Source: an uncultured Flavobacterium sp. (GTDB taxonomy: Bacteria > Bacteroidota > Bacteroidia > Flavobacteriales > Flavobacteriaceae). From it: a stretch of DNA of 64,000 bases. Below the pieces are notes generated by a model that was not told the DNA's origin, did no database searches, and was given only the letters and a program-made list of their open reading frames with translations. The DNA is taken from positions 9,594 to 73,593 of the forward strand of contig NZ_CAXBFR010000001.1 in assembly GCF_963975005.1 (NCBI RefSeq). The letters run 5' to 3'. Shown here one piece after another: positions 55,077-64,000 of this stretch. The translations under genes and the position numbers were made by a program. Within the stretch, counting starts at the first letter, position 1, and every line of letters starts with the position of its first letter.

Positions 55077-55115
55077 ATGCAAACAAAAAGGGAAGTGTTT
55101 AACTTCCCTTTTTGT

Positions 55116-55538
55116 TTAATTATATACTCTAATTATATTTCCATTTACTTCGGTTCGATATGCTTTCATCGGGTAATTTTTTCCAGGACTCAAGCCCGTG
55201 AATAAACTATATTCGGCAGCATCACAAGAACATTTTGCGTTTATTCCGTTTAATGTCATTGTAGAACAATCACTCAATGCTTGATTTGGACAAGCTGCAT
55301 CATAGGCAGCATAAATGTTGTTTCCTGTATTAAAGACAAAAACACCTCTAATTCCTACACCAGCTGTAGTAATTAAAACACCATTACTAGGATATTTTAA
55401 AACATTATAAGCTGGCAAATTTAAATTTATATTTAAATTCACAGAATAATCAGGTAAAAAAGGATTGTTGCTCCCGACGCTATCTTTTTCACAACCTATA
55501 AAAAAAGGAATTAGTAGTAATAAGATATATTTCTTCAT
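55116..55538 (-). CDS. lipoprotein of unknown function (140 aa)
   Basis: Lipobox (FIGC) and a Cys-rich beta protein (ACPNQ..CS..CSCD). Confidence 0.5.
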   Translation of the reverse strand: MKKYILLLLIPFFIGCEKDSVGSNNPFLPDYSVNLNINLNLPAYNVLKYPSNGVLITTAGVGIRGVFVFNTGNNIYAAYDAACPNQALSDCSTMTLNGINAKCSCDAAEYSLFTGLSPGKNYPMKAYRTEVNGNIIRVYN

Positions 55539-55623
55539 GGTTTATTTTTAGTCAAATTTAATACTTTTGAATTACTAACAGTCAAAATTATATCTTAAAA
55601 AATTTGGGAATCAAAATATTTGT

Positions 55624-55631
55624 TATATTTG
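55624..55631 (+). promoter_or_regulatory. -7 box TATATTTG upstream of greA
   Basis: TAnnTTTG, 56 nt before the ATG at 55687. Confidence 0.55.
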
Positions 55632-55638
55632 CATATAG

Positions 55639-55672
55639 GAATCCCACTCGTATGGGATTCTTTCTATTTTTA
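55639..55672 (+). terminator. terminator-like hairpin inside the greA 5' leader
   Basis: GAATCCCA (55639-55646) pairs with TGGGATTC (55653-55660), then TTTCTATTTTTA. Lies between the -7 box and the greA ATG. Confidence 0.5.
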
Positions 55673-55686
55673 TAAACGATTAAGTT

Positions 55687-56160
55687 ATGAGTACAGTATC
55701 TTATTACACAGCAGAAGGGTTAAAACATCTTAGAGATGAATTAGACCAGCTTAAAAATATACAAAGACCAAAAGCATCACAAGACATCGCAGACGCTAGA
55801 GATAAAGGAGATTTATCTGAGAATGCAGAATATGATGCAGCCAAAGAAGCACAAGGTCTTCTTGAAATGAAAATTTCTAAAATGGAAGAAGTTGTAGCTA
55901 ATGCACGTTTAATTGATGAATCTCAATTGGATGTGTCTAAAGTTTTAGTGTTATCTAAAGTAAAAATCAAAAACCAAACCAATGGAATGGAAATGAATTA
56001 TACTTTAGTAGCAGAAAGTGAGGCTGATTTAAAAACAGGAAAAATATCAGTAACTTCTCCTATTGGAAAAGGTTTGCTTGGTAAATCTGTTGGAGAAATT
56101 GCCGAAATAACGGTTCCAAACGGGATATTAAAATTCGAAATATTAGAAATTTCAAGATAA
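55687..56160 (+). CDS. greA: transcription elongation factor GreA
   Basis: 157 aa with a coiled-coil N-terminus containing DLSENAEYDAAKE and a C-terminal FKBP-like domain. Confidence 0.95.
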   Translation: MSTVSYYTAEGLKHLRDELDQLKNIQRPKASQDIADARDKGDLSENAEYDAAKEAQGLLEMKISKMEEVVANARLIDESQLDVSKVLVLSKVKIKNQTNGMEMNYTLVAESEADLKTGKISVTSPIGKGLLGKSVGEIAEITVPNGILKFEILEISR

Positions 56161-56170
56161 AAATTTAACT

Positions 56171-56560
56171 ATGGCTTCTATTTTTACTAAAATAGTAAAC
56201 GGTGAAATTCCTTGTTATAAAATTGCTGAAGACGAAAATTATTTGGCTTTTTTAGATGTTAATCCAAATGCAAAAGGACATACCCTGTGTATTCCTAAAC
56301 AGGAGATTAATAAAATCTTTGATATGGAAGAAGATCTTTATTTAGGTCTAATGCAATTTAGCCGAAAAGTTGCCAAAGCTTTAGAAAAATCTATTGATTG
56401 TAAAAGAGTAGGAGTTGCAGTTGTAGGTTTAGAAGTGCCTCATGTACATGTTCACTTAATTCCTTTGCAAGATATGGATGACATGCGTTTTCAGCGAAAG
56501 GTTAGTTTAGAAAAAGAAGAATTTGAAGAATTTGCCAAAAAAATAACTTCAAACTTATAA
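56171..56560 (+). CDS. HIT (histidine triad) family protein
   Basis: HVHVHLIP histidine triad. Confidence 0.9.
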   Translation: MASIFTKIVNGEIPCYKIAEDENYLAFLDVNPNAKGHTLCIPKQEINKIFDMEEDLYLGLMQFSRKVAKALEKSIDCKRVGVAVVGLEVPHVHVHLIPLQDMDDMRFQRKVSLEKEEFEEFAKKITSNL

Positions 56561-56602
56561 TAAAAAGCACCTTTTTGGTGTTTTTTTGTTTTACTTACTA
56601 TC

Positions 56603-57751
56603 ATGAAATATTTAATTTATTTTTTATTTTTTCAAACAGTTGCTTTTGCTCAAGTTAAAAGCTTCTATTCTGATGTAGAAAAAACAATACAATCTATTCC
56701 TGCAAGTCAAAAAAAAGCTACAGCAAAAATTGCAGCTTTTATTCAAGAAAAATTTACTTCTGAAGATTTACAAATTAAAGCAGCATACTATTATGTAATT
56801 TCAAATGTTGCTTATGATATTTCTCATGAATTTACAGTGAATTTAGTGATTTCAGATGATGAAATGGTTTCAAAAACTATTACTTCTAAAAAAGGAGTTT
56901 GTATTCATTACGCTAAATTTTTTAAGAATATAGTCAACCAATTAGGATATAATAGTCAAGTCATTTCGGGTTACACCAAAAGAGATAATGTTTTAGCAGA
57001 ACAATCACATGCTTGGTGTGCTATAAAATTAAAAGATGGCAAGTGGTATGTTTTTGATCCAACATGGGATTCAGGATATATTCAAAACGGAAAATTTGTT
57101 AGAAGTTTAAATTCTAAATATTTCAAAACAAATCCATCTGAAAGCATAAAATCACACATGCCTTTTGATTATATATGGCAATTTTTAAAGTCTCCAATAA
57201 CAGAACAAGACTTTGTTAAAGGTGATTTAAATCAAGACGAGAGTCGAAAGTCATTTGATTATAATGAAACTATTAAAACATTTCTAAATCTTTCGGAAAA
57301 CGAACAATTAAATGAGCTAAAAACAAGAATGATTCAAACAGGTTATAAAAATAAACTAGCCAAAGAGCGATTTGAAATCCTGAAAAAACAACTTGAGGTT
57401 TTTTCTTTAAATTTTAATGTAAGAGAGCTGAATGCTATCACAAATAATTATAACAACGGAATAAATTTACTAAATGAATTTATTTACTACAGAAACGCAC
57501 AATTTAAACCAGTAAAAGAAGATCAGGAAATTTTAGAAATGATTACAAAACCATTAAGTATTTTTGAAGATTGCAGCGATAAAATATATAAATTAGGTTT
57601 TGTGGGGCAAGATAATTTATACGATTTAAATAAATTTAAAAGAAGCATAATTGATATAATCGAAGAAGCTAAAAAGCACAAAGTTTTTGTAGATGATTAT
57701 TTGACTAAAAGTGAAAGAGAACGAAAAAAAATGTTCTTACTTAAGAAATAG
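56603..57751 (+). CDS. secreted transglutaminase-like cysteine peptidase-fold protein
   Basis: Signal peptide and a Cys-His-Asp core (KKGVCIHYAKFF .. HAWCAIKL .. FDPTWD). Confidence 0.7.
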   Translation: MKYLIYFLFFQTVAFAQVKSFYSDVEKTIQSIPASQKKATAKIAAFIQEKFTSEDLQIKAAYYYVISNVAYDISHEFTVNLVISDDEMVSKTITSKKGVCIHYAKFFKNIVNQLGYNSQVISGYTKRDNVLAEQSHAWCAIKLKDGKWYVFDPTWDSGYIQNGKFVRSLNSKYFKTNPSESIKSHMPFDYIWQFLKSPITEQDFVKGDLNQDESRKSFDYNETIKTFLNLSENEQLNELKTRMIQTGYKNKLAKERFEILKKQLEVFSLNFNVRELNAITNNYNNGINLLNEFIYYRNAQFKPVKEDQEILEMITKPLSIFEDCSDKIYKLGFVGQDNLYDLNKFKRSIIDIIEEAKKHKVFVDDYLTKSERERKKMFLLKK

Positions 57752-58895
57752 GTTTCCCTTTCTTATAACTAATTTGCATAGTAGTTCCTTTGCCAATTTC
57801 AGAATGAGCTACTTTTATTTTTCCTTTGTGATATTCCTGAACAATTCTTTTAGTTAAAGACAAGCCTAAACCCCAACCACGTCTTTTGGTTGTAAAACCA
57901 GGTTCAAAAACTTTTGAAAAATCGGATTTCGGAATTCCTTTTCCTGAATCAGTAACTTTTATTCTTATATAATCTTCTTTCTCTTCAATAGTCAACGTAA
58001 GATTTCCTTTTCCCTTCATTGCATCAATGGCATTTTTGACTAAGTTTTCAATAGTCCAACTATGCAAAGCTGGATTTATAGCAATATTTATTGGTTTATC
58101 TGGAGCGATAAATTTAAAATTAATTTGTTTTGAACTTCTATCTCTTAAATAATCAAAAGAAGTTTTAGTTTCTTCAATAATATTTTTTTCTTCTAAAACA
58201 GGTTCTGAACCAACTTTAGAAAATCTATCCGTAATGGTTTGTAATCGATTAATGTCTTTCTCTATTTCTTCAATTGTAGATTCTTCAACATTTTCTAATT
58301 TCAATATTTCGAGCCAACCGATTAACGAAGACAAAGGTGTTCCTATCTGATGAGCTGTTTCTTTTGCCATTCCTGCCCATAATTTGTTTTGGGTTGACAT
58401 TTTTGTTGCTCTATAAAAATTATACACTACAGCAGCAAAAAGTATAATGATTAATAAAAGAGCAATTGGATAATATTTAAGTTGATTTATTAAAGTTGAA
58501 TTACCATAATACAAAAATTGGGTTTTTGTTTCAGAAATTTTGGTTACTATGGGTTTGTTTTGAAGTTTAATGGATTCAATATAATCTTTTAATTCTTCAG
58601 GATCATTAATTATTTTACTATCTATATTTGTAGTTAAACTTATAGAATCATTTATGGTAACAATTATAGGAATTCTAGGATTTTGAATAATCTCAAATGG
58701 TAATTCTAAATCTGCATTTAAGTCCTCAGAGTTAATTTTTTTTTGTGCTAAAGCCCACAATTCCATCTTATTTCTTTCTTCATTTTTAAAAATCTGAAAA
58801 AAATTATAAGTGTTCCATAAAATTAATAGAACAATTAAAAAGGAAGATATAATAATAAACCAGCGTGTTGAGTTGCTTCTTTCGGTAAACTGCAT
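57741..58895 (-). CDS. membrane sensor histidine kinase
   Basis: Two TM segments, an H-box (ETAHQIGTPLSSL), and N/G boxes (NLVKNAIDA, DSGKGI, GWGLGL). No response regulator is adjacent. Confidence 0.85.
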   Translation of the reverse strand: MQFTERSNSTRWFIIISSFLIVLLILWNTYNFFQIFKNEERNKMELWALAQKKINSEDLNADLELPFEIIQNPRIPIIVTINDSISLTTNIDSKIINDPEELKDYIESIKLQNKPIVTKISETKTQFLYYGNSTLINQLKYYPIALLLIIILFAAVVYNFYRATKMSTQNKLWAGMAKETAHQIGTPLSSLIGWLEILKLENVEESTIEEIEKDINRLQTITDRFSKVGSEPVLEEKNIIEETKTSFDYLRDRSSKQINFKFIAPDKPINIAINPALHSWTIENLVKNAIDAMKGKGNLTLTIEEKEDYIRIKVTDSGKGIPKSDFSKVFEPGFTTKRRGWGLGLSLTKRIVQEYHKGKIKVAHSEIGKGTTMQISYKKGKPIS

Positions 58896-58971
58896 GCAAT
58901 TTTTTGTTAAATGTACTAAAATTATAGTAAAGATTTAAGACCTTATTTAAACGATTTTAATCTTAAAAAAT

Positions 58972-58979
58972 TATATTTG
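58972..58979 (+). promoter_or_regulatory. -7 box TATATTTG upstream of the flavin reductase-like gene
   Basis: TAnnTTTG, 16 nt before the ATG at 58995. Confidence 0.55.
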
Positions 58980-58994
58980 TACCAAAGTTAATTT

Positions 58995-59870
58995 ATGATA
59001 AGTATTAATCCAAAAGAAGTTTCTCCAGCAAAATTACAAAGCTATTTACAAAGTGCTATTGCTCCAAGACCTATAGCTTTTGCAAGTACAGTTGACGAAA
59101 ATGGAAATCCGAATTTATCACCGTTTAGTTTTTTTAATGTATTTAGTTCTAATCCACCAATCTTGGTTTTTTCTCCAGCGAGAAGAGTAAGGAATAACAC
59201 TATAAAACATACATTAATAAATTGTGAGGCAACAAGAGAAGTTGTGATTAATATTGTTGATTATTCTATGGTTCAACAAATGTCATTGTCAAGTACAGAA
59301 TATGCTGATGGTGTAAATGAATTTGATAAATCAGGCTTTACGATGTTAAAATCGGATGTTGTAAGACCTTTTAGAGTTGCCGAAAGTCCAGTGCAATTTG
59401 AATGTAAAGTAAATGATATTATTGCTTTAGGAACAGAAGGTGGTGCAGGAAATTTAATAATTTGTGAAGTTGAAAAAATTCACGTAAGTGAAACTGTTTT
59501 AGATGAAAATGGAATGATTGACCAACAAAAGATTGATTTAGTTTCGCGTTTAGGTGGGAATTGGTATAGTAGAGCTATAAATGGTTTATTTGAAGTAGAA
59601 AAGCCATTGAGCACATTAGGAATAGGAGTTGACAATATTCCTGAATTCATAAAAGAAAGCACTTATTTTGATGGAAACGATTTAGGTAAATTAGGAAACA
59701 TAGAAGCTATTCCAAATGAAGAAGAAATTGCTATCTTTGTAAAACAGGATTTTGCGGTTAAAGGAGTTTTGAGTTCGGATGATGAAGGAAAGAAACACCA
59801 AATGGCAAAAGAATATTTAGATAATAACGATGCTTTGAGTGCTTGGAAAGTGCTTTTGGCAAAAAAATAA
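58995..59870 (+). CDS. flavin reductase-like (FMN-binding split-barrel) protein with C-terminal extension
   Basis: PRPIAFASTVDENGNPNLSPFSFFN is typical of the flavin reductase-like domain. Confidence 0.7.
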   Translation: MISINPKEVSPAKLQSYLQSAIAPRPIAFASTVDENGNPNLSPFSFFNVFSSNPPILVFSPARRVRNNTIKHTLINCEATREVVINIVDYSMVQQMSLSSTEYADGVNEFDKSGFTMLKSDVVRPFRVAESPVQFECKVNDIIALGTEGGAGNLIICEVEKIHVSETVLDENGMIDQQKIDLVSRLGGNWYSRAINGLFEVEKPLSTLGIGVDNIPEFIKESTYFDGNDLGKLGNIEAIPNEEEIAIFVKQDFAVKGVLSSDDEGKKHQMAKEYLDNNDALSAWKVLLAKK

Positions 59871-59881
59871 AAATAAGTAAT

Positions 59882-60256
59882 ATGGAAATTTCAGGAAAAG
59901 TAAAAGTAATTAGCGCAGAACAACAAATTAGTCCAACTTTTAAAAAAAGAGAATTAGTTGTAACAACAGATGAGCAATATCCTCAAAGTATTATGATTGA
60001 ATTTATTCAAGATAAAACGGATTTATTAAATACAATTTCAGTTGGTGAAGATGTAAAAGTTTCTATTAATTTAGGAGGAAGAGAATGGGTTAATCCACAA
60101 GGTGAAACAAAATATTTTAATTCGATTAAAGGTTGGAGAGTTGAAAAAATGCAAACTGGTACTCCACAAGGAAGTGTTCCTCCAATGCCTGCAGCTGATG
60201 CTTTTGAACCAGCTTCAAACTTTAATGAAGAAGAACACGACGATCTTCCTTTTTAA
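59882..60256 (+). CDS. DUF3127-like OB-fold protein with SSB-type acidic C-terminal tip
   Basis: MEISGKVKVISAEQQISPTFKKRELVVTTDEQYPQSIMIEF.. is typical of DUF3127. Ends ..EEEHDDLPF. Start set at the ATG at 59882. Confidence 0.65.
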   Translation: MEISGKVKVISAEQQISPTFKKRELVVTTDEQYPQSIMIEFIQDKTDLLNTISVGEDVKVSINLGGREWVNPQGETKYFNSIKGWRVEKMQTGTPQGSVPPMPAADAFEPASNFNEEEHDDLPF

Positions 60257-60376
60257 TTAGAAAATTAAAAAGGAAATAAACAAAAATTAAATTCCAAATT
60301 CCCATAAGAAAACGTTCATAAGTTCTTGAATGTCTATTTATTGGAATTTGGAATTTTTTAATTGGAATTTTTTCTT

Positions 60377-61012
60377 ATGTATTACGTAACCGATAAATTA
60401 TATTTTCCACCAGTTGAAGAAGCTTCTTATGAAGGGGTTTTGGCTGTAGGTGGTGATTTGTCTACTGAAAGATTGCTTTTAGCATATAACAGTGGTGTTT
60501 TTCCATGGTTTGAAGCTGATGAACCTATTCTTTGGTGGTCACCATCTGAACGAATGGTTGTAAATCCACAAGATTATAAAGTCAAGAAGAGTTTAAGAAA
60601 TATTATTAATCGCGATATTTTTAAAGTTACCATTAATCAGAATTTTGAAGAAGTAATCACCAATTGCCAGCAAATTAAGCGAGTTGGCCAAAACGGGACA
60701 TGGATTACACAAGATATGATTGATGCTTATTGTAAATTGCACAAACAAGGTCATGCAAAGTCTGTAGAGGTTTGGCAAAACGATGAATTAGTTGGTGGAT
60801 TATATGGCGTTGATTTAGGAACTGTATTTTGTGGTGAAAGTATGTTCTCAAAAGTACCAAATGCTTCAAAAGTCGCTTTTGTAAAATGGATTGAATATTT
60901 AAAAGTAAACAACTATCGTTTGTTGGATTGCCAAGTGCATAATGATCATCTAGAAAAGCTAGGTGCTTTTGAAATTTCTAGGGATGCATTTATGAAGATT
61001 TTGGAGTCATGA
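60377..61012 (+). CDS. aat: leucyl/phenylalanyl-tRNA--protein transferase
   Basis: FPPVEEASYEGVLAVGGDLS..LLLAYNSGVFPWF..PILWWSP and GESMFS motifs. Confidence 0.9.
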   Translation: MYYVTDKLYFPPVEEASYEGVLAVGGDLSTERLLLAYNSGVFPWFEADEPILWWSPSERMVVNPQDYKVKKSLRNIINRDIFKVTINQNFEEVITNCQQIKRVGQNGTWITQDMIDAYCKLHKQGHAKSVEVWQNDELVGGLYGVDLGTVFCGESMFSKVPNASKVAFVKWIEYLKVNNYRLLDCQVHNDHLEKLGAFEISRDAFMKILES

Positions 61013-61712
61013 TTTTTCTTTTAGTTAGGTTATAGTAAACTACAACATTATCTAGAAAAAGTGCAACTACTAATAATCCAACAGCAAAGAATAAAACTTT
61101 TAGTTGAAAAGGTACAAATAATAAACCTCCTAAAACACCACCAACAAAGAAAAACAGAATAATCGAAATTTTTAAGAATATAATTCTAGTTAGTCGTTTC
61201 AATTCGATTTTCTTTTTAGTGAAAAACAATTGAGATAAATTTATTCCTAAATCTGTAAAAAGGCCAGTAAGGTGTGTTGTTCTAATAACGGATTGTGATA
61301 TGTTTGTTACTAAGGCATTTTGTAATCCCATAGCAAAAAGTAAACCATAGGCAATATATATGGGATTTAAACCAGTTGAAAGTCCAATAATTGTTAATAT
61401 TAAAATTTCAATAAACATTGGAAGCGCATGAGAGATTCTGGGTCTTTTTCGCGAAATTATTTCAACAAGTAAGTTGCAGATAAAAGCACCAAAAAGAAAG
61501 AATAAAACATATAAGATAATGTGGATAGCTTCTAAGTAATTTTTTAACGATACTTCTTCAGCCAAAAAGGCAAAATGTCCAGTCACATTTGTAGTTAAAG
61601 TTGATACTGATAAAACGCCAACGATATTAACGATTCCAGCTACAAATGAAAGCGTAGAGGCCAATCGGAAATTATGCGAAAATGTTCTTTTTCTACCTTT
61701 ATGACGAAACAT
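60990..61712 (-). CDS. YoaK/DUF1275 family membrane protein
   Basis: Six to seven TM segments with a NVTGH-type motif (TTNVTGHFAF). Confidence 0.6.
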   Translation of the reverse strand: MFRHKGRKRTFSHNFRLASTLSFVAGIVNIVGVLSVSTLTTNVTGHFAFLAEEVSLKNYLEAIHIILYVLFFLFGAFICNLLVEIISRKRPRISHALPMFIEILILTIIGLSTGLNPIYIAYGLLFAMGLQNALVTNISQSVIRTTHLTGLFTDLGINLSQLFFTKKKIELKRLTRIIFLKISIILFFFVGGVLGGLLFVPFQLKVLFFAVGLLVVALFLDNVVVYYNLTKRKIMTPKSS

Positions 61713-61783
61713 AATGTTGGAATTTAAAACTAATTAAAAGTATTCATTTGTTAAAAATGAATTATGAAAACCGTAAGTTAGTG

Positions 61784-62344
61784 TTAATTTCTAGTAAAAC
61801 AATCTTCCACATGATCATTTATCATTCCAGTGGCTTGCATGTGTGCATACATAACGGTTGAACCTACAAATTTAAAACCACGTTTTTTTAAATCTTTACT
61901 AATAGCATCAGAAAGTGCAGTAGTTGCTGGAACTTCTTGTGTCGTTTTTGGTTTGTTATCAATAGGTTTTCCATCTACAAAACCCCAAATATATTTTGAA
62001 AAACTTTCAAATTCTTTTTGAATTTCCATAAAAGCAATTGCATTTGAAATGGTTGCTTTTACTTTTAATTTATTTCTGATAATTCCAACATTTTGAAGCA
62101 ATTCTTCAATCTTAGAATCATCGTATTGTGCTATTTTTTTATAATCGAAATTATCAAAAGCTTTTCTAAAATTCTCTCTTTTAGCTAAAATTGTATACCA
62201 ACTTAAACCCGCTTGAAACGTTTCTAAAATTAGAAATTCAAATAAGTTATCATCGTCATAAACAGGTTTTCCCCATTCGTTATCGTGATAATCTCTGTAT
62301 AAATCGTCTTTTTCGCACCAATAACAACGGTTTTTGTTTTCCAT
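61784..62344 (-). CDS. tag: DNA-3-methyladenine glycosylase I
   Basis: RCYWC..YHDNEWG N-terminal zinc/Tag signature, 186 aa. Confidence 0.9.
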   Translation of the reverse strand: MENKNRCYWCEKDDLYRDYHDNEWGKPVYDDDNLFEFLILETFQAGLSWYTILAKRENFRKAFDNFDYKKIAQYDDSKIEELLQNVGIIRNKLKVKATISNAIAFMEIQKEFESFSKYIWGFVDGKPIDNKPKTTQEVPATTALSDAISKDLKKRGFKFVGSTVMYAHMQATGMINDHVEDCFTRN

Positions 62345-62351
62345 CTATGAT

Positions 62352-64000
62352 TTAATCTTCGTAATATTCATCTTCATAACCGCCATACATATTGCTTACA
62401 TCACTTAATTTTTGATAAGTAGCACGTGGATGATTTGTGTTAATGCTTTCGTCAATAACAGCTCTAATATAAGGCTCTATTTCTTTTTCTTCAATAAAAG
62501 TCTTGGAACGTAATTTTTTAAATGCCTGTGGATTTATTTTTCCGTCTTCCATTACAAAGGCAATTCCGGTAATTTTCTCAGCATTTTTATTGTATGAATC
62601 TTCATCAATATCTACAATTTTATAGAAGAAATAATGAATCTCTTTTCTGTTTTGTTTGATGATCCTTTTTTCTAAAAACGTAACATCGTCTTTATCTTTC
62701 TTCAAATCATTAAAATAAGTAATACCAGCAAGAGCAATTGAATCTTCGCTATATTTGTTTAACTCCTCAATTTCTTTTGTGTGATGTAACATTTGAAGCG
62801 CTACAAATTTTGTCTTTGGTTTTGTTTGTAATATCTCAATGGTTTTTTTATCTACTTGGTTGTTTTTATCCAATTGAATTTTTGCCAAACCTATCGTAAC
62901 ATTGTCTACATCTAGTTTGTTAACTTTTGTGTAAAACTCAGCAACAGCTTTTTCTTTTTTAAAGGGATAAAGAATATTTAAATAACTTGTCAATTCTTCA
63001 GTCGGGGCATAACTTCCATCTTCATAATATCCATAACCATTATCTTCCTTAATGTTTTGTTTTTGTTTCCAACTTAAAACACGTTTGTATTCTAGTTTGG
63101 CATTTGTTAATAACATTTTTTTGTATGATTTCAATTTCTTTGGATTGCCCAAATTAGATTCAATTAATTTATTGGTAAAATCAATTATGGGTGTGTGATA
63201 TTCATTTACACTATAAAACTGAAATACATCTGGAAATAATACTTCACTATGCTCAATATCATATTCAAAACTGTTAAATAAACTCGTTACTTCGTATTCA
63301 TTGTCTGAAAGCGGTAAATCATATTCCAGTAATTTTGCAATAGTTTTGTAAGCATCTTTGCTTTTTTGATTTGTTAAAGCATTTAATATTGCAAATTGTA
63401 TCGAAGTAGTTACACTTTCTTTCTTGTAGATGTTTTCTAAATACGGAATAATTGCTGGATCTTTAATTCGACCAATTTTTTCATAAAGAGCTACTATTGC
63501 TTCATTTTCGTCTTGTTCGAATTCAAAACCATCTAAAAATTCTTTTACTTGTGGTAAATCTTCTTTTGAAATGTCTAAGAAGTAAACTGATTTTAAAGCT
63601 GAATATCTAATAGTATCATTATCGCTATATGCGTCTTCAACAAAATACTTGAATTTATTTTCAAATACAGAAGGACTTAGAATCGTATCAAAGGGTTTGA
63701 ATGAATTAAATGTTTTCTCTACAAAAGCATCGTCATTTTTATAGTCTTTTTCTACTAGCGTTTTCATTAAATAAGACATCCCGTCTTTAAAAACAGCTTT
63801 GTATTTAATGGCTTGATTGGAATTAGGTTTGACTGCCATGACATTCATCTCATGAACTGTTTTGTCTTCGTTAGAAGTCAATTTTTCATCGATTAGCTCA
63901 ATTTTGTTTTTGTCTTTTTTATTCAAGCCAAGCTCTTCATCCCAACGTGAAATGTTATAGCTAAATTTTTTCTTTTTATCTGATTTTTCTTTTGCTAAAT
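62352..64000 (-). CDS. large hypothetical protein, N-terminus outside the window
   Basis: The minus-strand frame stays open through nt 64000 by my translation. Helical-repeat-like composition with an acidic Tyr-rich C-terminus (GGYEDEYYED). Confidence 0.5.
   Translation of the reverse strand, partial: LAKEKSDKKKKFSYNISRWDEELGLNKKDKNKIELIDEKLTSNEDKTVHEMNVMAVKPNSNQAIKYKAVFKDGMSYLMKTLVEKDYKNDDAFVEKTFNSFKPFDTILSPSVFENKFKYFVEDAYSDNDTIRYSALKSVYFLDISKEDLPQVKEFLDGFEFEQDENEAIVALYEKIGRIKDPAIIPYLENIYKKESVTTSIQFAILNALTNQKSKDAYKTIAKLLEYDLPLSDNEYEVTSLFNSFEYDIEHSEVLFPDVFQFYSVNEYHTPIIDFTNKLIESNLGNPKKLKSYKKMLLTNAKLEYKRVLSWKQKQNIKEDNGYGYYEDGSYAPTEELTSYLNILYPFKKEKAVAEFYTKVNKLDVDNVTIGLAKIQLDKNNQVDKKTIEILQTKPKTKFVALQMLHHTKEIEELNKYSEDSIALAGITYFNDLKKDKDDVTFLEKRIIKQNRKEIHYFFYKIVDIDEDSYNKNAEKITGIAFVMEDGKINPQAFKKLRSKTFIEEKEIEPYIRAVIDESINTNHPRATYQKLSDVSNMYGGYEDEYYED

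Overview
Low-GC (about one third G+C by eye) chromosomal segment with the hallmarks of a Flavobacteriaceae genome, probably Flavobacterium or a close relative. It carries the gliding-motility genes gldE and gldD, many TAnnTTTG -7 promoter boxes, tight gene packing and lipoprotein or Sec signals on many products. Most of the window is core housekeeping: pheS, gpsA, nadD, gmk, dxs, tadA, rng, hup, mutY, ssb, rplU-rpmA, ahcY, arfB, greA, aat and tag. I saw no rRNA, tRNA, CRISPR array, transposase or integrase. One clearly accessory stretch lies at about 34.4-40.9 kb on the minus strand. It is an array of modules, each encoding a small, very acidic Sec-secreted two-cysteine protein followed by a GLPGLI-family protein. 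The first module is translationally coupled to a large CarboxypepD_reg plus plug plus beta-barrel outer-membrane protein. The second module ends in a 5' fragment of a paralogous barrel gene. Both modules share an approximately 290-bp near-identical promoter and signal-peptide segment, while the mature small protein and the GLPGLI gene differ between them. I consider this the best candidate for an undescribed system. Other notable items: a thioester (CVEQ) alpha-2-macroglobulin lipoprotein whose partner pbpC appears to carry an out-of-frame internal deletion near its 3' end. A TPP riboswitch with a terminator hairpin precedes a TonB-dependent receptor that has a heptanucleotide tandem repeat inside its 5' coding region. 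An unlisted 30-codon Lys/Arg-rich ORF looks like a bS22-type ribosomal protein. L21 carries a C-terminal helix-hairpin-helix-like extension of about 125 aa. A DUF3127 protein ends in the same DDLPF tail as SSB. pnuC overlaps a DUF4301 gene. There are also two families of short intergenic repeats: heptad-periodic tandem repeats and ATGCTGAA..TTCAGCAT palindromes. All functional calls come from motif and architecture recognition by eye; no database search was run.
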